A DNA stretch of 64,000 bases from the IMG/VR virus record IMGVR_UViG_3300025141_016306, positions 1 to 64,000 of that record; one strand, given 5' to 3'. The position numbers and the translations under genes were made by a program. Under the pieces are notes generated by a model. The model saw only the letters and a list, made by a program, of their open reading frames with translations. It had not been told where the DNA came from and did not search any database. This document shows positions 48,755-58,634 of this stretch, piece by piece (position 1 is the stretch's first letter; every line of letters begins with the position of its first letter). The DNA is from a virus.

Positions 48755-49482
48755 AGAGTGTTGACGCCTCTTCGCTGAACCACATTTGTGGCACAACTAT
48801 TTGCAAAGGTGATTGCTTTCTCTATATCTGTGGTCTGAAGGTATTCTACTGCTAGGCCAGCGATGAAGGTGTCGCCCGCCCCTGAGACATCCTTAATTTC
48901 TACTGAATTAACGGGATAAACTTTTCCCAAGTGTCTGCAACCTTTTTCTCCCAGTGTAACGATTAATTTCGAGCGGATGGTATCTGTTAAATAATCTTCG
49001 GATCTTTGGTATTCTCCATTGTTTATTTTAATATAGGTAACGGTATCGCACCAGGGCCCCAACTGTTTTTTAGTGTCCAAGAATACACACTCGTGATTCT
49101 CTCCGATCCAACGAATATCTTCTTGTGCTAAAAATCCTTTACAGTAATCAGAAACAATCACCATATCGTAATCTTTTAAGGGCAAATCCTTTACATCACA
49201 TCTTTCTATACTATCATCATTTTCGTCAATTCTTAAGAACATTTGATTAGTGATTTTATGAATATAGCGTGTTTTAATAATTTTTTCCCAGTTCTTATTG
49301 GTAACGATATCGCAGTCGCATCCGAGCGAAAGTATATTTTGCTGAACGTTCATGGCCATGCCCGGGTTGGTGACAGTATTAAAAGGTACAAAAACTGGTG
49401 CGGGAGCTTCGGGAGCAAGGCGTTCGCTCTTCCCGTAACAAAAGACATCTTTGCATGTTTCACCGATTACTAAAATTTTCAT
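48751..49482 (-). CDS. Heptose-7-phosphate kinase (HldE/RfaE domain I, PfkB family)
   Basis: RLAPEAPAPV, GMAMNV..N, VSDYCKG, VTLGEKG, DVSGAGDTF. Confidence 0.88.
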   Translation of the reverse strand: MKILVIGETCKDVFCYGKSERLAPEAPAPVFVPFNTVTNPGMAMNVQQNILSLGCDCDIVTNKNWEKIIKTRYIHKITNQMFLRIDENDDSIERCDVKDLPLKDYDMVIVSDYCKGFLAQEDIRWIGENHECVFLDTKKQLGPWCDTVTYIKINNGEYQRSEDYLTDTIRSKLIVTLGEKGCRHLGKVYPVNSVEIKDVSGAGDTFIAGLAVEYLQTTDIEKAITFANSCATNVVQRRGVNTL

Positions 49483-49504
49483 ATATTACTCAATTTGACA
49501 CAAG

Positions 49505-50512
49505 TCATCGAGACATAAAATGATTTTCGTTTTCTACCCTTTTTCTCCAATAGTTTAACAAATCAATCATAGTCTTTTCAAAAGAGATCTGCGGTTCCCA
49601 TCCTGTATGATGTTTAAACTTAGACGTATCTGGTACCTGCAAGTCAGCATCTATCGGTCTCAGGCGAGACGGATCCACTTCTACTTTTATTTCCTCAATA
49701 TTGGCTTGGGAAATAAGAAAATTTAACATATCTCGTACCGAGCACGTATATTGACCTCCGATATTATAATACTCACCCGCTGTGGGGTTAATTGTAACAA
49801 GCATATAATATGCTCTTACGGCGTCCCGGACATCTGCCCAAGTTCGCAAAGAATCTAAATTTCCTACCTTTATAACTGGGGGCAAAAGGCCCTTTTCTAT
49901 CATGGCGATTTGTTTAGCAAAGCTGGACTCCGCAAAAACGTCGCCGCGGCGTGGACCCGTATGGGTGAACATTCGCGTGGTAATCGCTTTAATTCCGTAA
50001 GCCTCTCCATAATAACGCCCTAGGAGATCCGTTCCTACTTTTGATATAGCATAAGGAGATGCAGGGTGAAATGTGCAATCCTCATCGATGGGAAGCTTAT
50101 CTTGAGGAACCCTTCCAAAGACTTCAGAGGAGGCACACACGTGCGCCACTGGGTCGATACCTAAAGTTCTGATAGATTCCAATAGATTGGCTGTGCCGAT
50201 AATATTAGTTTGTAGGGTTTCAAGCGGGGCTGAGAAGCTGGTTTTGGGATAGCTTTGCGCGGCTAAATGAAAAATATAATCGGGATTAGCGTCTTTGAGT
50301 GCGTGCAGGACCGAGGCGTAATCGTTTAGATCTCCGTAGGTTAGGTGTATGCGGTCATGATTGTTTATGCGATCAAAAAGATGTTTGATGTTTGAAAAAT
50401 CATCATTCCATCTACAAAAACCATAAACGTGCCAATCAGTGTTTTCCAGAAGAAAGTCGGACAAATGTGAACCAACCATCCCCGTAATTCCTGTTATAAA
50501 GGCGCTAGTCAT
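49505..50512 (-). CDS. gmd: GDP-mannose 4,6-dehydratase
   Basis: ITGITGMVGSHL, FHLAAQS, ASSEVFG, PASPYAISK, R.FTHTGPRR, GNLDSLR.W.D. Confidence 0.82.
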   Translation of the reverse strand: MTSAFITGITGMVGSHLSDFLLENTDWHVYGFCRWNDDFSNIKHLFDRINNHDRIHLTYGDLNDYASVLHALKDANPDYIFHLAAQSYPKTSFSAPLETLQTNIIGTANLLESIRTLGIDPVAHVCASSEVFGRVPQDKLPIDEDCTFHPASPYAISKVGTDLLGRYYGEAYGIKAITTRMFTHTGPRRGDVFAESSFAKQIAMIEKGLLPPVIKVGNLDSLRTWADVRDAVRAYYMLVTINPTAGEYYNIGGQYTCSVRDMLNFLISQANIEEIKVEVDPSRLRPIDADLQVPDTSKFKHHTGWEPQISFEKTMIDLLNYWRKRVENENHFMSR

Positions 50513-51300
50513 TAAGCAAAATCCTTCGAATCATAACGGCCTAACAACTCTCTTTTGGCCGTCCAGCCGGGCCAAAAGGGCTCACCTTCTCTAATATAGA
50601 CACTATAAATTGTCCTTCGCCAGCGCGTCGGGTGAGTGTTTCTATCGGCTTTATGCAACAAAAGGCCGTTAACCACAAGTACGTCTCCGGCCTTATACTC
50701 AAGCTGAAGGGTTGGAAGATCGTCCGACAGGGGGTTTCCGTCGGAATCCGTATAATCGCTCAGTTTGTAAGCGTCTCCGATCGGGGCAATCTGATATCGG
50801 TTTCCATCTGCGTCGGCTGAAAAGTTTGGGGAGGGGGCAAAGGCCAGCATTCCCAACCTATGACTACCAGGAATAACAATAAGAGATCCATTTGTGGAAT
50901 CGGCGTCGTCGACCACCAAGGCCAAATTCAAATAATGGTTCCCGTTGGGGGCCATAGGAGCGAAATTATCTTGATGCCATATCGATCCCAACTCCTTCTC
51001 ATTGTTAGGTTTGCAAAAAAATGTGGTGGTTGCGAGTGGAATAGCGCGGCCACCGCAAATGGCGTCCCCTATATCACACATCTTTTTACCTCTATGCGCC
51101 TGCTTGATGCTGGCATGATGATGCATATCCAGTCGTACAGTAATATTATCGCGGGCATAATGGTCTAAATCTTGGCGGATAATGTCTACTTCATCTTTAT
51201 TCCACACTCCCGGAATTAGTAAGTACCCGTTTTCATTATAAGAGTTTAGCTGTTCTTCAGTAAGAGTGAAGCTGTCCATGTGAGTCTTGAGTTCGGTCAT
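50512..51300 (-). CDS. Phytanoyl-CoA dioxygenase (PhyH)-family Fe(II)/2OG oxygenase
   Basis: Y.ENGYL, WHQD, NGSL.VIPGSH, AGDVL..N.LLLH...N...WRR. Confidence 0.88.
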   Translation of the reverse strand: MTELKTHMDSFTLTEEQLNSYNENGYLLIPGVWNKDEVDIIRQDLDHYARDNITVRLDMHHHASIKQAHRGKKMCDIGDAICGGRAIPLATTTFFCKPNNEKELGSIWHQDNFAPMAPNGNHYLNLALVVDDADSTNGSLIVIPGSHRLGMLAFAPSPNFSADADGNRYQIAPIGDAYKLSDYTDSDGNPLSDDLPTLQLEYKAGDVLVVNGLLLHKADRNTHPTRWRRTIYSVYIREGEPFWPGWTAKRELLGRYDSKDFA

Positions 51301-52247
51301 TTAATATTCTCCTTATACCAAGATAATGTATTTTTAATACCACTATCTAAAGAAATTTGAGGGTGCCATTTCAACACCTCTTTTGCCTTCGTGATGTCCA
51401 CTGCTAATTTAGTTTTAATAGTTGGTTTGGTTTCGTCATATTTTATTTGCAAATTCTTCCCCGATGCTGTAACAATCGATTGTACAAGATTTGAAATAGA
51501 TATCGACTCCCCTAGGCCAACATTTACTAGTTCATACGGGGTTTCTTGTTTCTCAAGAGCGGCTTCTACACACGTAACCAAATCATTAACGTGGAGCAAA
51601 TCGCGCTCTTCTTCTCCTGTGCCCCATACAATTACCTCTTTCTCCGCTTCCATCACTTTTACCACTGTGGCGCCAAAAACGTGACCCTTTTTTAAATCAT
51701 ACTTATCGTGAGGGCCATAAATGTTAGACTGTCGAAGCACTGTGTGCTTGGTTCTTCCAAAACCTGCGAAAAACTCACACATCTTTTCCAAATAAACTTT
51801 TGTGTTTCCAGCACCAAAATACTTCGGAAGTATGCCAGTAGACTCGTCGAAGTCGGCTTCTCTTACTGGGGAATCGCTCGATTGATACATGATTGTACAA
51901 CTGGGCATTATAAAATGTTCTATCCCTTGCTCGAAAGCCTCTCGCAAAAGTAGAGAGGTCATAACTGCATTATCAGTTACGTGAATATAAGGTTTAGATA
52001 CAATGTCGGCGGCGCCTGTGGTAGTTGCTGCGTAATGAAGGATGACATCCACTCCGTCGATGACTCGGGCGACCTCGCTCGCATTTCGCAAATCGGTGAC
52101 TATCCACTCCACATTTTCAGGACAGTCACCAGGGTGACAGTTGGTGCGAATTTGATCAACCGCTCTTATGTTATAGGTGGACGCAAAATGCCCCACCAAG
52201 TTTCGCCCAATAAAACCATTGGCGCCGCATATTAACATCTTTTTCAT
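51297..52247 (-). CDS. Extended SDR, GDP-fucose-synthase-like epimerase/reductase (atypical active site)
   Basis: GANGFIG, RQSNIYGPHD, HV, VWGTG...RD; the YxxxK position reads AGNTK. Confidence 0.8.
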   Translation of the reverse strand: MKKMLICGANGFIGRNLVGHFASTYNIRAVDQIRTNCHPGDCPENVEWIVTDLRNASEVARVIDGVDVILHYAATTTGAADIVSKPYIHVTDNAVMTSLLLREAFEQGIEHFIMPSCTIMYQSSDSPVREADFDESTGILPKYFGAGNTKVYLEKMCEFFAGFGRTKHTVLRQSNIYGPHDKYDLKKGHVFGATVVKVMEAEKEVIVWGTGEEERDLLHVNDLVTCVEAALEKQETPYELVNVGLGESISISNLVQSIVTASGKNLQIKYDETKPTIKTKLAVDITKAKEVLKWHPQISLDSGIKNTLSWYKENIK

Positions 52248-52825
52248 TGAAGTCTCCCATCCAGTATCAATTCGGATTCATTTAGACTATATGCTTTGTA
52301 GATCTCATTAACTACCATATCAACATCCATTGCATTCTCTCTATCGGGCGTTGTTTTTATATTAGTGGGGTAAACGTCCATGATAGACAACGAAGGGTTT
52401 TCTTTTTTTAAACTATTAGAAAAACCTCGCAGCCCCCACTTTGTTGCAGAATATAAAGTTCGAGGCTGTTTAACCTCCAAACCGACCATTGAATTTATAT
52501 TTATTATCCCTTTCAAGTAGGGTAGCAGATAATGTGTAAGCAATATCGGAGCCTTTAGATTCACTTCTATCATATCACATATTTGCGCAATTGTATAATT
52601 ATTTAATGTAATATTTGGACAAACAATGGCAGCGTTATTTACCAATACCTCGACCCCCTCGCTAATAGCTTCAAAGGCCAAATTTTTAACTCCTTGCACT
52701 CGGGCTAGATTATGATGTTTGTGTCCATTGTGGCGTAAAACAGGATGTCCGCTTTCCTCAAACTTTTTTGCCAAGTGGATACCAAGACCCGATGACGCGC
52801 CTGTTATTAAAACCTTGGGTTTCAT
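52244..52825 (-). CDS. Classical short-chain dehydrogenase/reductase
   Basis: TGASSGLG, VNNAA, NINS, YSATK. Confidence 0.88.
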   Translation of the reverse strand: MKPKVLITGASSGLGIHLAKKFEESGHPVLRHNGHKHHNLARVQGVKNLAFEAISEGVEVLVNNAAIVCPNITLNNYTIAQICDMIEVNLKAPILLTHYLLPYLKGIININSMVGLEVKQPRTLYSATKWGLRGFSNSLKKENPSLSIMDVYPTNIKTTPDRENAMDVDMVVNEIYKAYSLNESELILDGRLQ

Positions 52826-52835
52826 TATAAATTAC

Positions 52836-53720
52836 CTATTGTCCTTTTATGGTAGCCATATGGTGCTCCGGGGCAAACTTGCCAACACCGCGAGGCTCAT
52901 CCATAATATCTTTGTAATGATGAAATATCTGAGTTGCTACTTTTCGTGCTACTGGTTTGATGATAGCAAAATCTTCCTTTCGCGCCCATTGAGCAAAATA
53001 TTGATCGCGGTTCATACCGTTCACTAGGACTTTAACTGTATTATTATCGTTGCTTAGGTCTTTATAGTGTACTCCGGCCTCCATCAGACGTGAATAGCCA
53101 TAAATGCGACTCAAAATATGAGCCAAAGCAGCACAAATAAAGACGTGATCTGGTCCTTTCCAGTTCTCGTCATACAGATCTTTAAGAGCCATTCTCCACT
53201 TTTTCGTGCAGATGGGGAGCATCTCATGATAATGATAGATAAGGAAAGCAGGATCACTCTCAAGGGGTTTTAAGTGGCCATCGAACGGGTGTCGGCCAAT
53301 GCGAAACTGCGTGGTGAGGGCATTCAGATTGCGCCCAACAGGGTTAGTTGTGAACAAGGTAAAGAAGCCGTCGTCATAGACTCCCTTTTTACTCAATATT
53401 GCAGCGTCCCAGCCTTTGGCGAGACCCCAGAAATCGTCACACAGGCACCAATTAAAATAATAATTACTCTGCTCGATAAAATCAAACTGCAGTTGGGTGA
53501 TTCCAGGCGAATTGGGGCCGCCATGAGCAGGATGCTGGTATATAATGTCGGGATATTTTTCCATCACTTCGCCATATAATTCCAATTGATCGTCGTCTAT
53601 GATCGCCAATATATCAAAATTATCTTTGGAATCCGCCGTTGTATAAAGCATGTTAATAGTTTCGTCGAATTTTTCTGGGTTGTCGCGTGTGGGCAACAAA
53701 AGTATTAGATCTTTACTCAT
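52836..53720 (-). CDS. Putative GT-A (GT2-like) glycosyltransferase
   Basis: LLLPTR..P, AIIDDD and LCDDF (DxD-like) spaced as in GT-A folds; sits inside the sugar cluster. Confidence 0.6.
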   Translation of the reverse strand: MSKDLILLLPTRDNPEKFDETINMLYTTADSKDNFDILAIIDDDQLELYGEVMEKYPDIIYQHPAHGGPNSPGITQLQFDFIEQSNYYFNWCLCDDFWGLAKGWDAAILSKKGVYDDGFFTLFTTNPVGRNLNALTTQFRIGRHPFDGHLKPLESDPAFLIYHYHEMLPICTKKWRMALKDLYDENWKGPDHVFICAALAHILSRIYGYSRLMEAGVHYKDLSNDNNTVKVLVNGMNRDQYFAQWARKEDFAIIKPVARKVATQIFHHYKDIMDEPRGVGKFAPEHHMATIKGQ

Positions 53721-53721
53721 A

Positions 53722-54699
53722 TTAGATTGCTCCTTTTAGGGCCTTGAAAACGTCCTTAGAGGTGTTGGCCACCTCTTGGTTCTCAAGATACCACTCAATG
53801 GTATTTTTAATGCCCTCTTCTATCGATATTTGGGGTTTAAAGCCCAGTTTATCGGCGCGGGACATGTCGAATACTCGTCTCGCGTCGCCTGTGGGCTTGC
53901 TTGTGTCCCACTCGATGGGTATATTTGCGGCATGGGCGATGGTTTCCGCGATTCTTTTGATAGAAATTTCGTCCCCAGAACCCAAATTAAGGGGCTCGGT
54001 GATTTTATTTTCTACTACGAACAGCATTCCGCGAGCGACATCTTTGGCATGGATGAAATCGCGGATGGCAGATCCGTCGCCCCAGACCTCAAGCTTGCCA
54101 TTGGTGAAAGCTTTGCGTATCAGAGAGGGAATAACCATGGCGCTGTCGGGATCAAATGTATCATGTGGGCCATAAACGTTGGCTGGTCTTACAATACTGC
54201 ATTTTCCTTGTCCATATTGTCGTTCGTAGGCCTGGCATTGAAGTTCTCCCATGCGTTTGGCCCATCCGCCAAACCAATCGTTTTTTGATGGTTGTGTTTT
54301 CCACACATCGTCTTCACGAAGGACTTCTGCGGGTTCATATACTCCTACGGTGCTTGTATAGAGGTACCACTCGACATTCTGCTTCATCGCAGCTTCAAGC
54401 ATATTGGTGTTGAATTGCAGCATTGGGCCCATAATGCTCGCTGGTTCTTCGATACAGACGCGAGGAGAGCATTTGATGCCCACCAAATTGAAAACAAAGT
54501 CAATATTTTCGCACACTTGTAGGCACGAATCGTAGCTGCGCAGATCGACCTCGTGAAAAAGAATTTTATCCGACATGCCCGTGGGCTTTTTAATATCTGC
54601 CACGTGAACGATGGCGTTTCTCTCAAGAAGCAACGCTACAAGCTGACGTCCAATCATCCCTGCTCCGCCTGTTACTAACACATTTTTATTTTCAAACAT
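53722..54699 (-). CDS. Extended SDR, GDP-fucose-synthase/ColC-like (atypical active site)
   Basis: VTGGAGMIG, RPANVYGP.D, VIPSLI, VWGDGS..RDF; the YxxxK position reads GGWAK. Confidence 0.82.
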   Translation of the reverse strand: MFENKNVLVTGGAGMIGRQLVALLLERNAIVHVADIKKPTGMSDKILFHEVDLRSYDSCLQVCENIDFVFNLVGIKCSPRVCIEEPASIMGPMLQFNTNMLEAAMKQNVEWYLYTSTVGVYEPAEVLREDDVWKTQPSKNDWFGGWAKRMGELQCQAYERQYGQGKCSIVRPANVYGPHDTFDPDSAMVIPSLIRKAFTNGKLEVWGDGSAIRDFIHAKDVARGMLFVVENKITEPLNLGSGDEISIKRIAETIAHAANIPIEWDTSKPTGDARRVFDMSRADKLGFKPQISIEEGIKNTIEWYLENQEVANTSKDVFKALKGAI

Positions 54700-55855
54700 C
54701 GTTTAAACCTCTGCAAAGCGCAACTATTTGCTCTTTGCTTAATTCTGTGTGATTACCAATATATAGACTATTCTCGTGTATATAGTCTGCGTTGGCTAGG
54801 TCGTCGGCCTGTCTAAAAGAATACTTTTTCAAATAAGGCTGGCGCGCCTGGTTTCCTCCGCCGGCGGTACCTAATCTATATTCTACACCTTCTGTCTCCA
54901 AAAAGTTGCATATGTTAGAAAGAGCCATTGCGTCTGGTTTTGCTAAAATCAAAGGGAGGGCGAAATTGCTATTCCCCTTTGTGTCGAAAGCCGTAAAATA
55001 CTTTTCACTATCCAGATTGTCGAGCCAAACAGCCAGATTTTCTTTTCTACAATCGATATTAAAATCAAGCCTGTGCATTTGCTGGAGTCCCAATACTGCA
55101 TTTAACTCCGTGCTTCTCATATTATAGCCGGGAACGCCGAAAGTAAACATAGGGTTGAGGCCTTCTTCATAATAATGGTCATGGGTTTCTTGCGACACTT
55201 CACGCGTCATACCATGAGAGCGGAAAAGCTTGGCGAGTTGGTATATCTCGTAATTATCTGTGCATACCATTCCACCTTCGATGGTGGTTATGTGGTGCCC
55301 AAAATAAAAGGAGAAGCAAGACATGTCTCCCCAGCTACCCACGCGGTCTTCCTTGAAGATGGCGCCATGGGACTCACAGCAATCTTCTATAAGCAATAAA
55401 TTATGAGTTAGCGCAAGCTGAATTATTTTTTCATTTAACCCATTAAAACCCAAACAATGAACCAGCACGATAGCTTTGGTTTCTTCGGTAATGGCATTTT
55501 TAATATTTTCATACGCAATGGACATATTGCTTTTGTCTACGTCCACGAAAACCGGTGTCAACCCTGTATTGATGACGGACGCTACATCGGATACCCACCC
55601 GATGGGGGGTACAATAACTTCCCCCTGTTGTCCTTTTAGTTCGCGAGTGATGGCCATTGTTATATAATTTGCGGAGGCACCAGAATTAACAAAGACGCTA
55701 TGCTTAACGCCCAACCATTCAGACCATTTTTTTTCAAATTCTCGAACTCTTTCTCCTTGTGTAAGACGAACATTCGGAATCTTTAAAAAATCAATTAAGG
55801 CATTTTTATCTTCGGCTGTAATGTTATCATTTATTAAAGGCCACTTAAATGTCAT
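54692..55855 (-). CDS. PLP-dependent GDP-4-keto-6-deoxymannose 3-dehydratase (ColD-type, DegT family)
   Basis: VNSGASAN, EDCCESHG and FSFYFGHHITTIEGG with His replacing the Schiff-base Lys; no obvious E1/DdhC Fe-S Cys cluster. Start moved to MTFKWP. Confidence 0.85.
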   Translation of the reverse strand: MTFKWPLINDNITAEDKNALIDFLKIPNVRLTQGERVREFEKKWSEWLGVKHSVFVNSGASANYITMAITRELKGQQGEVIVPPIGWVSDVASVINTGLTPVFVDVDKSNMSIAYENIKNAITEETKAIVLVHCLGFNGLNEKIIQLALTHNLLLIEDCCESHGAIFKEDRVGSWGDMSCFSFYFGHHITTIEGGMVCTDNYEIYQLAKLFRSHGMTREVSQETHDHYYEEGLNPMFTFGVPGYNMRSTELNAVLGLQQMHRLDFNIDCRKENLAVWLDNLDSEKYFTAFDTKGNSNFALPLILAKPDAMALSNICNFLETEGVEYRLGTAGGGNQARQPYLKKYSFRQADDLANADYIHENSLYIGNHTELSKEQIVALCRGLNDV

Positions 55856-55856
55856 A

Positions 55857-56366
55857 TCATTTATCTCTTTTCTGTAGGGTTGGGTTGTCTGTTGGCCAGT
55901 CAATGTTTAAATTCTCATCATTCCATTTTAAAGTAAACTGGTCTTCAACATCCGGGTATGATCCTTCGTACAACCACTTATAATAAAAAACAGCATCATC
56001 GCTCATGACATAAAAACCGTTTCCATATCCCGGTGGAACCAACACCATTTTTCTGTTTTTTGATGTCAGCATTGTCCAATCCCAGTGATTGTATGTGGAT
56101 GAATTTTTTCTATTGTCAACAACTACAAAATATATTTCTCCATGGAGGCATGTCACTAACTTTGTAGACTTAAAGTCGCCGTGAATTCCTCGAAGAACAT
56201 GCTTTCTAGAAGTCGAAACTTTATCATGGTTAAAATTTATTTCTTTGAAAACTTTTCCCTTCTCCCACAGAGTCCACAAGTCTCCCCTATAGTCAGAATA
56301 ACAATCTGGTGACAGAATTTTAACCTCAGAAAATTTCATGCTTTGTATAACATTGCTGGAATTCAT
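55857..56366 (-). CDS. rmlC: NDP-4-keto-6-deoxyhexose 3,5-epimerase (RmlC family), copy 2
   Basis: DYRG, VLRGIHGD, KLVTCL.G...VVVD.R, VPPGYGNGF. Confidence 0.85.
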   Translation of the reverse strand: MNSSNVIQSMKFSEVKILSPDCYSDYRGDLWTLWEKGKVFKEINFNHDKVSTSRKHVLRGIHGDFKSTKLVTCLHGEIYFVVVDNRKNSSTYNHWDWTMLTSKNRKMVLVPPGYGNGFYVMSDDAVFYYKWLYEGSYPDVEDQFTLKWNDENLNIDWPTDNPTLQKRDK

Positions 56367-57709
56367 TAGCCGTTTTCCTCGTCACTATAACCTACCGGGC
56401 CGTATCCATGACTCTTAACAAGATCTTGAAGCTTTAAATAGTTGTTGATGATTACTTCACTTTTTTCTCCCTTTCCCCAGGGAGTATTTTCATCATATTC
56501 AAAGGTCAGTGTGGGTAGCTCTTCTTCGTATCTACTATACATGTGCATCGTGTTTTCCCATGATGTTTTAACCTCTTTGATTCCGAATTTTTTTGGATTA
56601 TCATAAACAGGAGTGCCTGGGCGGACCGTAAAAAGTGATAAATAAACAGCATCCGGACCGGTCTCTTGTATAAAATCCCAAGTTTTATCAACAATGTCAG
56701 TAGGTTCTCCAGGTAGGCCCAGAATCATATAAATTCGTGTTTCAATTCCAGCTTTTTTAAGAAGTTTTATACTTTTCCTTGCTCTCTCAACTTTGATTTT
56801 TTTATTAATAATGTCCAGCGATTGCTGAGAAACACTCTCAACACCCATGCACATTATAATACAGCCGGCGTCTTTAGACAGGCTGGCTATCTCTGGCGTG
56901 ACCGAATCAACACGACACTGTGCCTTCCAGACCACCCCGGTACTTCCTATCGCCTCTAAGTGAGGTATGGCTTTGCTTTTTTTGAGAGGCATACAAATTT
57001 CATCTACCATACTGATTCCACACACACCATACTCTCGCTTAAGATACTCAATCTCCTCTTTAATGAGTTCCGGGGATCGAAATCTTATACCCGGACTGAA
57101 TTGTTTTGATGCCGGCATTGCGCAAAATGAACAGCTGTACGGACACCCACGACTAAACATTGTAGTTGTTCCTACGATCTTGTCGTATCCGGGAGTATTC
57201 TTTAATGTTAATAATCCTGGTCTAGCTATTGTTAATTTTGGCAAATATTTTCGAAGAGGATACGGATGATCGTTAATGTTCGTGCTTTTGCTAATATACC
57301 TTTTTTTTAACTTTGAATCGCGAATATCTTCAATAACCTGGATGATTGATTGTTCTCCATCACCTAACACAATTGCATCAAAAACCTCTAGTGTCTTCTC
57401 TTGAAAAGCTGTTGCATGCGGACCCCCTGCAATATGAAGTGCTGTCGGGTACCTCTGTTTCAATTGCTCAACAATTGACTCTTGTTCATAGAGGTCTAGG
57501 GTATAAAGAGAATGAAGATAAACATCACATTCTTGAATATGATAAATTGCAAATCTTTTTTTTATGCCCCTTAAATCTATTAAGGATACATCAACCTCAG
57601 AACCGAAATGAGATTCAAGAATTGTGAGTATTTGAAAATGTGTGTGTGGATCTCCCCGGAAGGGATCATGTAAATACTCACTACTTGGAAAAATAAATCC
57701 AATTTTCAT
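56366..57709 (-). CDS. Cobalamin-binding radical SAM enzyme (class B methyltransferase-like)
   Basis: IAGGPHAT, GDGE, SRGCPYSCSFC, GVES, ILGLPGE, PGTP. Confidence 0.9.
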   Translation of the reverse strand: MKIGFIFPSSEYLHDPFRGDPHTHFQILTILESHFGSEVDVSLIDLRGIKKRFAIYHIQECDVYLHSLYTLDLYEQESIVEQLKQRYPTALHIAGGPHATAFQEKTLEVFDAIVLGDGEQSIIQVIEDIRDSKLKKRYISKSTNINDHPYPLRKYLPKLTIARPGLLTLKNTPGYDKIVGTTTMFSRGCPYSCSFCAMPASKQFSPGIRFRSPELIKEEIEYLKREYGVCGISMVDEICMPLKKSKAIPHLEAIGSTGVVWKAQCRVDSVTPEIASLSKDAGCIIMCMGVESVSQQSLDIINKKIKVERARKSIKLLKKAGIETRIYMILGLPGEPTDIVDKTWDFIQETGPDAVYLSLFTVRPGTPVYDNPKKFGIKEVKTSWENTMHMYSRYEEELPTLTFEYDENTPWGKGEKSEVIINNYLKLQDLVKSHGYGPVGYSDEENG

Positions 57710-57722
57710 TTTTATTTCCTCT

Positions 57723-58634
57723 TTATTGTGTCGACGAGCAGCATTCCCTTACTTTCTTTACTATCTCCGACGCAGAAGGTGGCAAGTTATCTACTCTCGG
57801 ATGAAAGCCGGCTGTTCGATGTTTCAGTGCCATTGTGTGAATCGGTTTATTAGATTTCAGCATGATGCGATGTGCTATGCTGCTAGCAGCACCTTCCTCA
57901 TAGTCATCATCTAATACAATTCCTCCAAATTTAGAAGATTTTAATGCTGTCAAAGACTCTTCACTCAAGTTAAAGGGCTTGATCCACAAAATATGATCCA
58001 CATTTACCCTATAACCCTCTGACTCTAAAGATCTGCAGGCTTCTTCTGCAGCAAACCTAGTAATAGATATCGGAAACAAAGTGATGTCTGATTCTTCATG
58101 AAACGTATTCGGTAATTCTTCAGTGTTGTCATAGCTCTTTCGGTGTTCTGAGATGTAATAAACACAGTCGTCTTTCATGAAACTGTTATAAACACTTCTG
58201 TATTCTTCTGGTGTCATTGGAGCTGCTATCTTGACTCCCGGCATTCTTTGATAAATTGAGTGGTGGGAAGAGCCGGCCACCGGGCCGATACCGCCTTCCA
58301 TGGCGATACTTCTAACCATGAGGGGACATGGGCGTTGCCAAATCTCTTGTGATTTCATGGCGTAATTGGCGATAATGGGCGAATTATACCATTGGAATCC
58401 TTGATATCTAACGACATAAATTGGTCGTTCGCCAGCTAGCGCTAAACCGGTGACAATACCTCCGCCTGCAACATCTGCCATTGAAAGTTCAACCATGCCA
58501 TCTTCTTCATAGAGTTCAGGAAGGGTTCCACCAACCCAGCCGACGGCTGTGAGACATTGGCCAAAGCAACGGCTGCCGTTCGCAAGGTGGGTGCGAGTTA
58601 TTTCTTTTATTGTGTCTCTAACTGTTTTTGCCAT
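57723..58634 (-). CDS. ThDP-dependent enzyme, E1 beta/transketolase C-terminal-like subunit
   Basis: GLALAGERPI, HHSIY..MPGVKIAAPMTP, SEHR, WIKPF; adjacent to the alpha subunit. Confidence 0.82.
   Translation of the reverse strand: MAKTVRDTIKEITRTHLANGSRCFGQCLTAVGWVGGTLPELYEEDGMVELSMADVAGGGIVTGLALAGERPIYVVRYQGFQWYNSPIIANYAMKSQEIWQRPCPLMVRSIAMEGGIGPVAGSSHHSIYQRMPGVKIAAPMTPEEYRSVYNSFMKDDCVYYISEHRKSYDNTEELPNTFHEESDITLFPISITRFAAEEACRSLESEGYRVNVDHILWIKPFNLSEESLTALKSSKFGGIVLDDDYEEGAASSIAHRIMLKSNKPIHTMALKHRTAGFHPRVDNLPPSASEIVKKVRECCSSTQ

Noticed and set aside
49495-49507. TTGACA on the plus strand with a small TGAC-N4-GTCA inverted repeat
   Set aside because: Antisense to all genes, with no matching -10 at the right spacing; likely chance.
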